A stretch of 64,000 bases of DNA from an uncultured Chloroflexia bacterium (GCA_963700285.1 CAVOXA010000001.1:352001-416000), one strand, 5' to 3'; numbered from the stretch's first letter, positions 51,977-61,252 are shown. Made by a program: numbers and translations. Notes: generated by a model not told the origin, from the letters alone.

Positions 51977-53530
51977 TCACTCTCCTGCCAATGCCAGTAG
52001 CGCTTCTTCTACGTACCTATCCAGAGGTACGCACGAATCGGCAATGATCGCCGATCTGAGGATCTCGTCTTCGGGCGCCCGTCCTTCCTGGTCAATGCAG
52101 CCAGCGAAGGACTCGCGCGCGTGTTCGTATGCCGTCCGGCTGCCCGCCACATCCCCCCGCTTGCGCTGTATCTCGGCCTGTTGGGTGTAGGCTGCGCCCA
52201 ATGCCTGGTAGGCTTGGGCCAATATCCGGTATTGCTCTGCTTCGGCCAGGGGGTCCAGGACAGGGACGATCTCGCTGATGGCCAGGTCAAAGAACTGGTT
52301 GGCTTGTACGTCTTCTTGGAGCCAGAAAAAGGTCTCGCCCTGCAGGCGGTAGGCGCTGGCCAGTGCAAGACGGGCTATGATCTCAATGAGTGGCTCGTGG
52401 GATAGCTGGGCCAACTCCAGCCCCCTCTGATAGCTGGCGATTACCGCATCCATGCGCCCGCTTAACGCTTGCACCTCCTCCACCCGGAGGGGACTCTGGG
52501 GAGCGTGCAGCAGCTTCTCGATCCTGCGGAATTCCACCCCGGCCAAAACGATCTGAGCCCGGGCATAGTTAGGATCGATCTCCAGTGCTTTCTCCAGGGC
52601 CTCTTCGGCTTCATCAGGACGGTCCAGGAACAGTGCAGATCGCCCGATCCAGAAAAAGAGGATCTCTTTGCCCTCTCCTTGTTCCCTCCAGTTTGGCAAA
52701 CCTGTCTCCGCTTGCCGAAAGATGGACAGTGCGCTCTCTGACCGTCCCAGAAGATCTTCTCGGAGCCCCAGGAGCAACTGGAACAGAGCGCTGGCGCGCG
52801 TTGCCACCTGGCTGCCCAGCGCCTCCTTGGCCAGCGTATCGGCGCTATTGAAGTGCGCTGGGATCCGGACCGGATCGCCCAATTGGTAGCGGCCGATGGT
52901 CACGTTGGCCTCGCCCCGGACGCGGGGTCTCACATAGAACTCTAGCACCAATTCCGCCGGGCTCTGAGGGGGAGTCAGATGGCCATAGATGACGACGTCC
53001 GCGTCGATCTCACTGGCCAGTTCGCTGGCTGCTTCAGCCCTGGCCTCCGGCGTCTTGCCAGACATCATGCCCAGCTTCACGCGCTTTTCCAGCAACGACA
53101 TGCTGTCGTGCCAGATCTCCACGCCGCTCTCCGCCCGCTGGTCGTTGGCCGCCGTCAGCTCATCATAGATCCATTTGCTGAAAAGTTCGCCATCTTCTGA
53201 GCGACGCATCTGACCATCTGCGCCTATTTCTCCGATCTCGGTCACGGCCACGTTAAAGCGGGCGTCCATCCTGGCAGGTCCAGCAAAGTTTAGGGCAACA
53301 AAGACCAGGGCACCAACCACCACGGCCAGCAAGCCCAACAGCGGTACCGTTGGGATCTTTAGGGTGCCGATCTTGATGATGTTCTTGCCGATGACAACGT
53401 CCCGGGCCCCCTCGCCGACGTAGGCCGCGATCACATCCCGGCGTTTGTCGCGTTGAAGAATATCTCCCAGGGTCCGCCGCAGCCAGCCCTGCCCCTTGAC
53501 CTTGTCAGAGCCCGATGCATCGTCGCTCAT
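51977..53530 (-). CDS. Single-pass membrane protein: short N-terminal motif, TM helix, alpha/beta domain (CsgG/TolB-N-like), TPR array
   Basis: TM LLGLLAVVVGALVFVALNF; RFNVAV..ADVVIYG; TPR AEEALEKALEIDPNYARA and LAQAYQALGAAY. Confidence 0.8.
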   Translation of the reverse strand: MSDDASGSDKVKGQGWLRRTLGDILQRDKRRDVIAAYVGEGARDVVIGKNIIKIGTLKIPTVPLLGLLAVVVGALVFVALNFAGPARMDARFNVAVTEIGEIGADGQMRRSEDGELFSKWIYDELTAANDQRAESGVEIWHDSMSLLEKRVKLGMMSGKTPEARAEAASELASEIDADVVIYGHLTPPQSPAELVLEFYVRPRVRGEANVTIGRYQLGDPVRIPAHFNSADTLAKEALGSQVATRASALFQLLLGLREDLLGRSESALSIFRQAETGLPNWREQGEGKEILFFWIGRSALFLDRPDEAEEALEKALEIDPNYARAQIVLAGVEFRRIEKLLHAPQSPLRVEEVQALSGRMDAVIASYQRGLELAQLSHEPLIEIIARLALASAYRLQGETFFWLQEDVQANQFFDLAISEIVPVLDPLAEAEQYRILAQAYQALGAAYTQQAEIQRKRGDVAGSRTAYEHARESFAGCIDQEGRAPEDEILRSAIIADSCVPLDRYVEEALLALAGE

Positions 53531-53593
53531 GGTACCAGCCGGCTCGTTTGGCCAGCAAGGAGTCTGTTCATTCTCCGCCCTGTTGCCATGGAC

Positions 53594-55219
53594 CTATCCT
53601 CTTGCTCCAAAGCGATTCTTTGCCCACTCCACTGCTTCGTCTCCGGCCTCTCCCATCGCTCTGCCTACGGCCGGAGCGGCGAATAGCCGCCGGATGGCCT
53701 CGGTGAGTTGGGGCACGTTGTCAAGAAGCCAGTCACCCACCTGTACGATGGTATTGGCGCTGGGCTTGCTGCCGTCTCCCGCTTTGACCAGTTCTCCCCG
53801 CAGCAGCTTTAACTGGAACTCGGCCATCATGGTCACCTGGGGATCAAGCTCCGTTCCGAGCCGCCGAAAGGAGGCTTCTGTTTGGGCAAACTGTTTTTCG
53901 ATACTCTGGCCATCGTCGGCGCTGGGCTTGCCCAGAATGATGGTGATCTCCTTGCCAATTGTCGTCTGCTGGGCGCCTGCTCCCGCAAAACCAATGATCA
54001 CATCCCCTGCGCTCTGGACCGAGATGCCCTCCCACCAGGGCTGCTCTCTTTCGTCTGCCACCTGATTCTCCTCCCTGGCTGCCATTTGCCATAGGATGCC
54101 ATCTGTGGAGCGCATGAACAGCACAGGCGTTCCCCACTCGTGTTCGTTCCCCTGCCGGTAGATGGCTTTGCGCGCTTCCGCCAGGGCGGCGTCGACCGGA
54201 TAACCATCTGCCAGAGCCAGGTAAAACTCGTGGGCCAGGATCTTGGCAGCGCCGTCCGTGATCGGAGACTGCATGGCAACCACCGCGGGGATCCCCTTTT
54301 GCACCAGCGTCTGTGCTGTTCCAGCGAATGGACCGCTATGGGAACCGCGTGCTCCTTCACAAGCGTTCAGGACGGCCAGCCGCAGTGAGGGCTCGTCGTG
54401 CAGCAGGGTTCCCAGCACCTGGCTGCTGACCAGATGACTGGCCCCGGCGCCATCCTCCAGGACGAGCAGACCATCCTGGGTCTGCTCGTCAAAGGCGCCG
54501 TGGCCCATAAAGTGAAAAATGTGGTACTTGCCCTGGCGCAACTGCTTCTGTAGTTCAGCCAGTGTCGCTGTGTCCAGCCGGTGCAACAGGACCTGCCCTT
54601 GGGCTTTCAGGTCCGCCAGGGCTTTGTTGAGTTTGGCCCACTCCTCTTCAACGTCCAGCGGAGGCTGATCTTTGGGCGCCGAGATCATGACCAGCACGTG
54701 GAGCGGCGGCTCTGTGGCCATTGGCTCCTGGCGCTGGAGTACATCCAGGTAGCGCACGACCGGGCTTTGAGTGGACAAGCTCAGGAATTGGTTGTGAGCG
54801 GGATCGTAGAAAAGTTCCCAGGGCAGCTTGGCCAGCTCTGGTACGTCCGTCAGCAGCAAACGGATGCGCAATCCATCCGCGCCCTGCCGGGCAGTCTCAT
54901 CCTGGCTTCTTCGCAGAAAGCTCAGGACCTCGCCATGGAACACGGCCTCAAAAAGGTACTTCCCCAAGGCACGGGGATCCAGGGGGATGGCCGGCTGGGG
55001 AGCAGGCACGGGCGTTGCTGGGACCAGTCTTCTGTGATCAGATACCGGCTGTCGTGGTTCCGACCCTGAGGCTCGAAGCACCTTCTGTTCGGAAAGAGAA
55101 ATGCGGCTGCTTGCTCCACCCTGTACCGGCGAGTCGATGACGAGCGAGCGGTAACTACCCTCCCAGGGCTCGATGCGAAGGTCAAAGTTCAGATAAATTG
55201 GCGGCTCTGTAGACAGCAT
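53594..55219 (-). CDS. CHAT (caspase-like) protease with C-terminal motif and helical domain
   Basis: LPWE, HIFHFMGHG (His), VLNACEG (Cys), AVVAMQ, FY..L..G, W..PVL; extra C-terminal region of about 165 aa. Confidence 0.9.
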   Translation of the reverse strand: MLSTEPPIYLNFDLRIEPWEGSYRSLVIDSPVQGGASSRISLSEQKVLRASGSEPRQPVSDHRRLVPATPVPAPQPAIPLDPRALGKYLFEAVFHGEVLSFLRRSQDETARQGADGLRIRLLLTDVPELAKLPWELFYDPAHNQFLSLSTQSPVVRYLDVLQRQEPMATEPPLHVLVMISAPKDQPPLDVEEEWAKLNKALADLKAQGQVLLHRLDTATLAELQKQLRQGKYHIFHFMGHGAFDEQTQDGLLVLEDGAGASHLVSSQVLGTLLHDEPSLRLAVLNACEGARGSHSGPFAGTAQTLVQKGIPAVVAMQSPITDGAAKILAHEFYLALADGYPVDAALAEARKAIYRQGNEHEWGTPVLFMRSTDGILWQMAAREENQVADEREQPWWEGISVQSAGDVIIGFAGAGAQQTTIGKEITIILGKPSADDGQSIEKQFAQTEASFRRLGTELDPQVTMMAEFQLKLLRGELVKAGDGSKPSANTIVQVGDWLLDNVPQLTEAIRRLFAAPAVGRAMGEAGDEAVEWAKNRFGARG

Positions 55220-55292
55220 GCTTGCTCCCTTGGTCAGCAGATCGGTGGGGTGGGCCCCTGCCTCCAGGGCGTGGCTGCGATTCAGGACGATG

Positions 55293-55378
55293 ATTCTATG
55301 GCCTGCCCCGATTTACGCCAACATCATACATTAATATGGGCTATTTGTCAAATTAAAATGATATTAAATCGAAAACTG
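55293..55378 (-). promoter_or_regulatory. Tandem sigma70 promoters with AT-rich UP-like tract driving the CHAT operon
   Basis: Minus strand TTGACA (55351-55346), 17 nt, TATGAT (55328-55323); TTGGCG (55321-55316), 17 nt, TAGAAT (55298-55293); AT-rich 55352-55378. Confidence 0.75.
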
Positions 55379-55431
55379 ATGGCTGGGGCACTGGGGGACA
55401 ACGGGAACGGATTCAGCTAGGAAGGGAAGAG

Positions 55432-56352
55432 CTATGGTAATCCTGAACCAAGGACCGGCGCCGAGATCCGGCCCAACGCCGTAGGTAGGTTGGCCAGGTC
55501 ATCCAGGACTTGACCCAGGGGATGCCGCGCCACGACACGGGCGCACCAGTCTGGGGTGTAAGGTGTCCGTAGTAGGAAGAAGGGGATGCCCATCATCAGG
55601 GGCATCGCCCCCGGCAGGGAAAAGGTATCGGCGACCACCGCCAACTGCGGCCGGCCGGAATCGTCGTCAGCCGCTGCCTGGACCAGGGCCCGATAGTAGG
55701 CCGGACGGCGCAGGTCCACGGCGTGCACCTCGTCCACCGGCCAGACCTGGATCTCGCCCAGTTCCGGATGACGGAAGCGGTGCGGCCAATTGGGGGCCAT
55801 TTCGTACTGGCGCGTGTCGCCCAGCACGGCCACCTCCTCTGCCAGCCCCAGCGTATCCAGGTGTCGGCGCACCTTGTCGCCCAGCGAGTTGGTGAGGACG
55901 ACCGGTGTGCGGCGGGGATCTCTGCTCAATGCGGCCAGCACCTGCCGCGCGGCCGGCCGGAAGCGCGGCGCGAGTTCCGCCGTGTGTCGGTGAAAGAGAT
56001 AGTTGGTGCAATCCACCACGGGGTCGTACTCGGCCTGCGGGTAAGCCGCGGCGACGGCCCGGGCATAGGCCCGGTTCTCACGCAGCAGGGTCTGCAGCGT
56101 CGTCGTATTGAGGATAAAGGCGCCCTCGTCGCAGTAGGAGGCCACCAGGCCGTTGACCTCCCAGAAGTAGCGCTGCGGCGCGCGTAGCAGGCGCTCCTGC
56201 GTCGCCTGGTACTCGTCAGCCAGGGCCCCTCGTGGTACCCGGAGGAACTCGTCCGCCAGTGTATCCAGCGACCTGGTCGCCAGTTCCGCGACCTGCGTCT
56301 CCTCGGCGGTCAGCGTGCCGTCGAAATCGATGATGACTTTGAGGTGGGCCAT
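55432..56352 (-). CDS. HAD-superfamily-like protein
   Basis: IIDFDGTL (motif I), VLTNS (motif II), VVADT (motif IV-like); ATG 4 nt after the upstream stop. Confidence 0.75.
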   Translation of the reverse strand: MAHLKVIIDFDGTLTAEETQVAELATRSLDTLADEFLRVPRGALADEYQATQERLLRAPQRYFWEVNGLVASYCDEGAFILNTTTLQTLLRENRAYARAVAAAYPQAEYDPVVDCTNYLFHRHTAELAPRFRPAARQVLAALSRDPRRTPVVLTNSLGDKVRRHLDTLGLAEEVAVLGDTRQYEMAPNWPHRFRHPELGEIQVWPVDEVHAVDLRRPAYYRALVQAAADDDSGRPQLAVVADTFSLPGAMPLMMGIPFFLLRTPYTPDWCARVVARHPLGQVLDDLANLPTALGRISAPVLGSGLP

Positions 56353-56356
56353 GGCG

Positions 56357-58913
56357 CTACGCGGACGTCTCCTCGGCCAACCGGGCGCGCACCTGGACCA
56401 GGACCTCGCCCCACGGTTCTGCCAGTGGATGTCTGATTTCCCGCACAAAGGCAACAGCCTGCTCGAGGAGGGGCAGCGCTTCAGCGAAAGCTCCCTGTTG
56501 GGCCAGCCAGGTGCCGAGGGCCCAGTTGATGTTTGTCTGGCCCACGCGGTCGCCCACTTGCTGGTAGAGCGTCAGGGAGGCACCATACGTTTCGAGCGCT
56601 TCCTGTACCTCTCCCTGCGCCAGGTAGAGACTCCCCAGGGCCTGCAGGGTGTTGGCCTCGCCCAGGCGGTCGCCGACGGCGCGGAAGAGTTGGAGGGCCT
56701 GTTGGTAGCTGTCCAGGGCGTCGTCGTTCGTCGCGGAACTGCTGGACGTCGCCGATGGCCTGCAGGGTGTTGGCCTCGCCCAGGCGGTCGCCGACGGCGC
56801 GGAAGAGTTGGAGGGCCTGTTGGTAGCTGTCCAGGGCGTCGTCGCGTTCGTCGCGGAACTGCTGGACGTCGCCGATGGCCTTCAGGGTGTTGGCCTCAGC
56901 CCCGGCGTCTCCAGCGCGCCGGGCGGCGGCGGACGCGCGCCGCAGGCGGTCCACGCCCTCCTCGGGCCAATCGAGGAGCATGTACAGGTTGTGCAGGGAG
57001 CCCACCAGCCGGGCGGCCTGGGCGGCGCTTTCGCCTTCCTGGGTTAGCCCCCAATCGGCGAAGGCGTGCAGGTTGGGCAGCTCGGTCAGCGCCATGGCCA
57101 GGCTAAATCCCGACGCATGGCTCAGCGGTATCTCACCCAGTTTTTCTATCACCTGCGCATAGTGGGCAACAGCAGCGGGCCCGTAACATTCCCAGGCATC
57201 GGCCGGCAGGCGGCGCTCGGCGTAGGCCCGGGCCGGGCCAGGCAGGCGCACCCGGCTGTCTCCCGCTGCCTCCACTAGGCTGGCCGCCCGGAGCCGGGCC
57301 ACCAGGGACACCGCCGCTGGCCCCAGAACCGCGCGGACCGCTGCCTCGTCTGCCCCGCCGGGAAAGAGGGCCAGCAGGGCAAAAACCTCCGCCGCCTCCG
57401 GGTCGGTCTTTGCCAGATGACTATGCGATAGGGAGAGGGAAACGTCGACGCTGTCCAGCTTGTCGCGCGCCTCGGGCGGCAGGCCGGGCTCGGCCAAAAG
57501 CTGCTCCCTTTCCGCTTCCAGGCGCCGACGCAGCTCGGCCAGAGAATAGCCGGCCAGCAGGGGCGCGGCCAGTACCAGGGCCAACGGCCAGCCGTCGAGG
57601 AAGTTGAGCACCGCAACCAGGTCGTCCTGCTCCCCCCCAAGGTCCCATCCCGCCAGATCAGCCTCCCGCAGAAAGAGCAGGCGGGACTCGTCGGGGGCCA
57701 GGCGGCCGAGGTCTTGGTACCTGGCCGGCGGGCGACGGCCCAGGCGCTCGCGGCTGGTCAAGAGCAGGTGGCAGCCCCTGGACCCACTCAGCGCGGAACC
57801 GCCGGCCTGGCACAGGGCGCTGAGCAGATCGCGCAAGCTCCGCTGGCTGTGGCGCGCGGCCTGGTCCAGATCATCCACGATGAGCAATCGCTCGCCGCTG
57901 GCCAGGGCCGCAGCCAGGTCGACATTGGAGGCCGCCGCCTTGGGATGGAGCCCGGCCGCCTCGGCCATCCGGGCCCGGACCAGGCTCAGGTCGGAAACAC
58001 CACGCAGATCGACCCAGCCGATGCCCGCCGGATAGTTGCCCCGGGCAGCCAGCCACCGGCCGGCCTCGCGGGCCAGCTCTGTCTTGCCCATGCCGCCCAT
58101 CCCCATCAGTACCGTCAGGCGGTTTCCCAGCACGTTGCCCACCAGCTTGTGCAGTTCCCGCTGGCGGCCGGTAAAGGTCTCCGGCCGGACGCCTAGAAGG
58201 TGGGGCGATGGGGGTGGAATGCAGCGGGCCACGTCTCCGGCCGGCAAGCCCGGCGGAAAGAGGGGGGCGCTGTGCTTGCCCCCGTCCTCGGGCGCGGGCA
58301 GCAGGCGGAACTTGAGCGCTTCCCGCCCGGCCAGGCCCGCGCGGGCCAGGTCAGGCTGGGTGCGAACGGCGGTCTGGCCCAGGCCAAAGGCGGCGGCCAC
58401 GCTCTGGCCAGCCAGCAGCGCGGCATAGAAGGCGCGGGCAAAGGCTGCTGCCGCCAGATCGACTACCGGCTCGTCCTCGTCCACAGCCACCACGTGGGGC
58501 ACGCCCGCGGCCAGCAACGCCGCGGCCAATCCCGCCGAATGGCAGGCGCTGAGAAAGGCCAGCTCAAAGGCCAGTTCTCCACCAGGACAGACCAACGCCG
58601 CCAGTTGGCCGCCCGGCAGGGGGTGCAGGCCGCCGCGCCCGTCCTCAAAAGCCAGGGCCTCCGGGTGGCCGTGGCCCGTATAGTGTAGGACGCTGTAGCG
58701 GCGGTGCAGCAGCGCGCGCTGCAGCCGGTCCGTCTCGGCCCACTCGACATAGAGGTCGACGGCCCGGCCTGGCTCGCGCAGCCAGCGCTCCAGGCCGTCC
58801 AGCTCGCCGGCCACATCCAAAAGGTCCACTGGCCTGCCCTGCAAGTCCACCAGTGGCGCGGAAACCAGGGCCAGGATGGCCGGGGGAATGGCTGCCGGGG
58901 GGGGCATGGTCAT
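56357..58913 (-). CDS. CHAT-NB-ARC(STAND)-TPR protein, 2-nt deletion frameshift near 56724
   Basis: VLHYTGHG and FLSACHS dyad; FTGRQREL, GMGGMGKT, LIVDDLD, LTSR, GWPLAL; TPRs continue in frame into ORF 56357-56557 after the frameshift. Confidence 0.88.
56625..56897 (-). repeat. Near-identical 120-bp (40-aa) tandem TPR repeats
   Basis: EANTL.AIGDVQQFRDERDDALDSYQQALQLFRAVGDRLG twice plus the start of a third; one copy is 118 bp. Confidence 0.88.
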
Positions 58914-59716
58914 GTTTCTACAGCCTCCAATCGGTGCTGCACCTCCCGCGCCCGGGATTCCAGGTTGTCATCGGCCAGGCCACCGAGGAGGGGCAGGGCC
59001 TCTGCCAGCCGTTGCCTGGCGGCCTGGGGCCGGTAGGTCGCCTGGTACAGCGCCGCCAGTTCCACCAGCAGGTCGGCTCGGGCGCGTTGCTCCATACGGC
59101 CATCGCCCAGGCTGCGATAGTCGGCCAACAGGCTCTCCAGCACGCGGATCTGCTCTTCGGCCTGGGTCCGGGCTGGCGCCTCGACCGGGCCGGCGCCGTA
59201 GGCCCACTGCGGCGAAAAATCAAAGCTTCCGCTGCGCCAGGCCCAAAAGTCCGGCGCGCCCTGGGCCAGGCGGATCAGGGCGGCGTTGGACAGCCAGAAG
59301 ACCAGGGCACAGGGCAGATCTCGATAGTTTTCCCGGGCCAAGTTGAGTTGGCTCAACAGGGGGGGCTGGTTCACACCGGGTGACAGGACCTCTTCCAGAC
59401 CGCAGACGTGGATACAGGCCGGCCTCTTGCCAGCCTCCGCAATCCGGCAGACGGTTTTTAGGCCGGCCAGCAGGCCCGCCGCCGGCGGCACGACCTCCAA
59501 CCGCCGTGACCGGTAGCCCTGCCGGGCCAGCCGCTCCTCCATGAGGGCGATCAGGTCATCGCGCAGGGCTGGCTGGTCGCAGCAGGCGAAAAAGAGGGCA
59601 AACCCCTGGGCCAGCTCGATGGCCCGCTGCAGGTGCCCCATCGTTTCCAGGTTCTCAGCGCTCGGGGCTCCTGCAGCCTCAATCGGCGTCCGGGAGTCCG
59701 AGATTGCTTCGTTCAT
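58910..59716 (-). CDS. Degenerate ATPase-like partner protein (APDFW.WR motif) with short helical C-terminus
   Basis: FALFFACC, IHVCGLE, LN..RE, LVFWL, APDFWAWRS; no Walker A; overlaps both neighbours. Confidence 0.75.
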   Translation of the reverse strand: MNEAISDSRTPIEAAGAPSAENLETMGHLQRAIELAQGFALFFACCDQPALRDDLIALMEERLARQGYRSRRLEVVPPAAGLLAGLKTVCRIAEAGKRPACIHVCGLEEVLSPGVNQPPLLSQLNLARENYRDLPCALVFWLSNAALIRLAQGAPDFWAWRSGSFDFSPQWAYGAGPVEAPARTQAEEQIRVLESLLADYRSLGDGRMEQRARADLLVELAALYQATYRPQAARQRLAEALPLLGGLADDNLESRAREVQHRLEAVET

Positions 59717-61046
59717 CTTGCAGAGCCCTCTGGAACTTGGGTAGTTTGGTCACGGCCGGGTGGACGTCGTGCCAGGGCGGCGCACCGTTGACGTACTCTA
59801 GCACGCTCAGGTTATAGAGCATGAGCTGGTGGGCCTCGTCGTTCTGCACTGTTTTGAGCAGGTGCACCCTGGCCAACAGCGGGAAATGGCCCTCCGGGAC
59901 CATCCGGCTGTACTCGGCCACCAGCCGGGACTCGGCCCGCTGGACCACTCCCAGCGTGATGGGCCGCGGCCAGACGTCGCGCGGGGCGTAGGTGCAGGCA
60001 TAGCGGACCAGCAGCATCAGGTCCCGCGGGTGCCCTCCGCTGGCGCGGCAGAGGTCCTCCGCCGCCCCGGAATCGAAAAGCTTGCGCAGATCCATGCGCG
60101 AGGCCAGGATCTCCCGCAGATATCCCAGCCCCGGCGGGTACTCGCTGCCGTCCCGGTTTCTGACTTTGAGCATGGGCAGCACCTGGTAGTCGGGAAAGAT
60201 GGAGGTGACCGCCGTGGCCCGATCGGAGTACATGACCGAGATGGGTACCGTATAGACCAGGTGGCAGTGCAGGGCGCGCAATTGCTCGCCATGTTCTACG
60301 TACAGGGCGTGGTGGGTCGTGCGGCCATCGCCCAGGTCGCGGAACACGATGCGGTCCAGGTTGTCCACGAGCAGGACCAGGCCCCGTTGGCCCGCCTTGC
60401 GGATGCGGGCGTGGGCGGCGTCCAGCAGGTGGTTGAGGTTGGCGATGAGCTGCGAGATCTGGGGGTCCAACTTGCGGCGGATCTCGGTTTTGACGGCCCG
60501 GCCCGTCTTGATCTGGCCCGACACGCGGGCCATGAGGCGGGCGACGAGGGGCATCGACTCTGGCAGGCCGATGCCCAGTTGCGCCTCGGCCTCCAGCTCG
60601 CGGCCGATCTCGCGCCGCTGCTCCTCGCTGTAAAGCGTCTCGGCGAACCAGTCGGCCACGCTCTGGAGCAGGTCCTCGGGCAGACGGATGCCCTGGCCCT
60701 GCAGGTCGCCCGTGACCCGCCGGGCGATGCTCAGCAGCAGGTCGGTGTATTCCAGGTCGTTCAGGTCGAGGTCGTCGTCGGCCTGGAAGTAGAGGACGAC
60801 AAAGCCGGCCTCCACCAGCCGGGCCTGCAGGCGCAGCAACTCGGTGGACTTGCCCGAGCCCCGGTGCCCGGTAAAGAGTTGGGCCACGTGCACGTCGGAC
60901 CAGGTAATGGCGTTGAACATCTGGGACACCACGTCCTCGTCGCCGCGCACCGGGGTGCAATCGACGTAGCGCGGATCGCCGGGTGGGAGGGGCTGCACCG
61001 GATTCGACAGGTTGTAGGCATCGGTAATCGTGTGGGCTATTTTCAT
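59679..61046 (-). CDS. P-loop ATPase (KAP/ORC1/STAND-like)
   Basis: Walker A GHRGSGKS, Walker B LLVDNLDR, SGGHPRDL, C-terminal WHDVHP. Confidence 0.88.
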   Translation of the reverse strand: MKIAHTITDAYNLSNPVQPLPPGDPRYVDCTPVRGDEDVVSQMFNAITWSDVHVAQLFTGHRGSGKSTELLRLQARLVEAGFVVLYFQADDDLDLNDLEYTDLLLSIARRVTGDLQGQGIRLPEDLLQSVADWFAETLYSEEQRREIGRELEAEAQLGIGLPESMPLVARLMARVSGQIKTGRAVKTEIRRKLDPQISQLIANLNHLLDAAHARIRKAGQRGLVLLVDNLDRIVFRDLGDGRTTHHALYVEHGEQLRALHCHLVYTVPISVMYSDRATAVTSIFPDYQVLPMLKVRNRDGSEYPPGLGYLREILASRMDLRKLFDSGAAEDLCRASGGHPRDLMLLVRYACTYAPRDVWPRPITLGVVQRAESRLVAEYSRMVPEGHFPLLARVHLLKTVQNDEAHQLMLYNLSVLEYVNGAPPWHDVHPAVTKLPKFQRALQDERSNLGLPDAD

Positions 61047-61094
61047 CAGGGCACCTCCTCAGCTCAGCCAGCTCGGTGGACGCCAGGCAGGCCC

Positions 61095-61123
61095 ATTGTA
61101 CCACATCGTCATGGCTCTGGCAA
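61095..61123 (-). promoter_or_regulatory. Sigma70-type promoter of the ATPase operon
   Basis: Minus strand TTGCCA, 17 nt, TACAAT preceded by TGG. Confidence 0.7.
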
Positions 61124-61252
61124 CCCTACCGGTTCGACCCTCCGGGCAATTGCATGTGACTGGAGACAGGCTCCCTATCGCTCATGCCCCCGTTCCGGGG
61201 GAGGTCTTTCTACCCGATGCGGCTTCTCGACTACAGATCCGCCCAAATCATC

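Noticed and set aside
56625-56897. Tandem repeats as a CRISPR array or DGR template/variable pair
   Set aside because: Contiguous coding 120-bp TPR units without spacers; no cas or reverse transcriptase gene in the window
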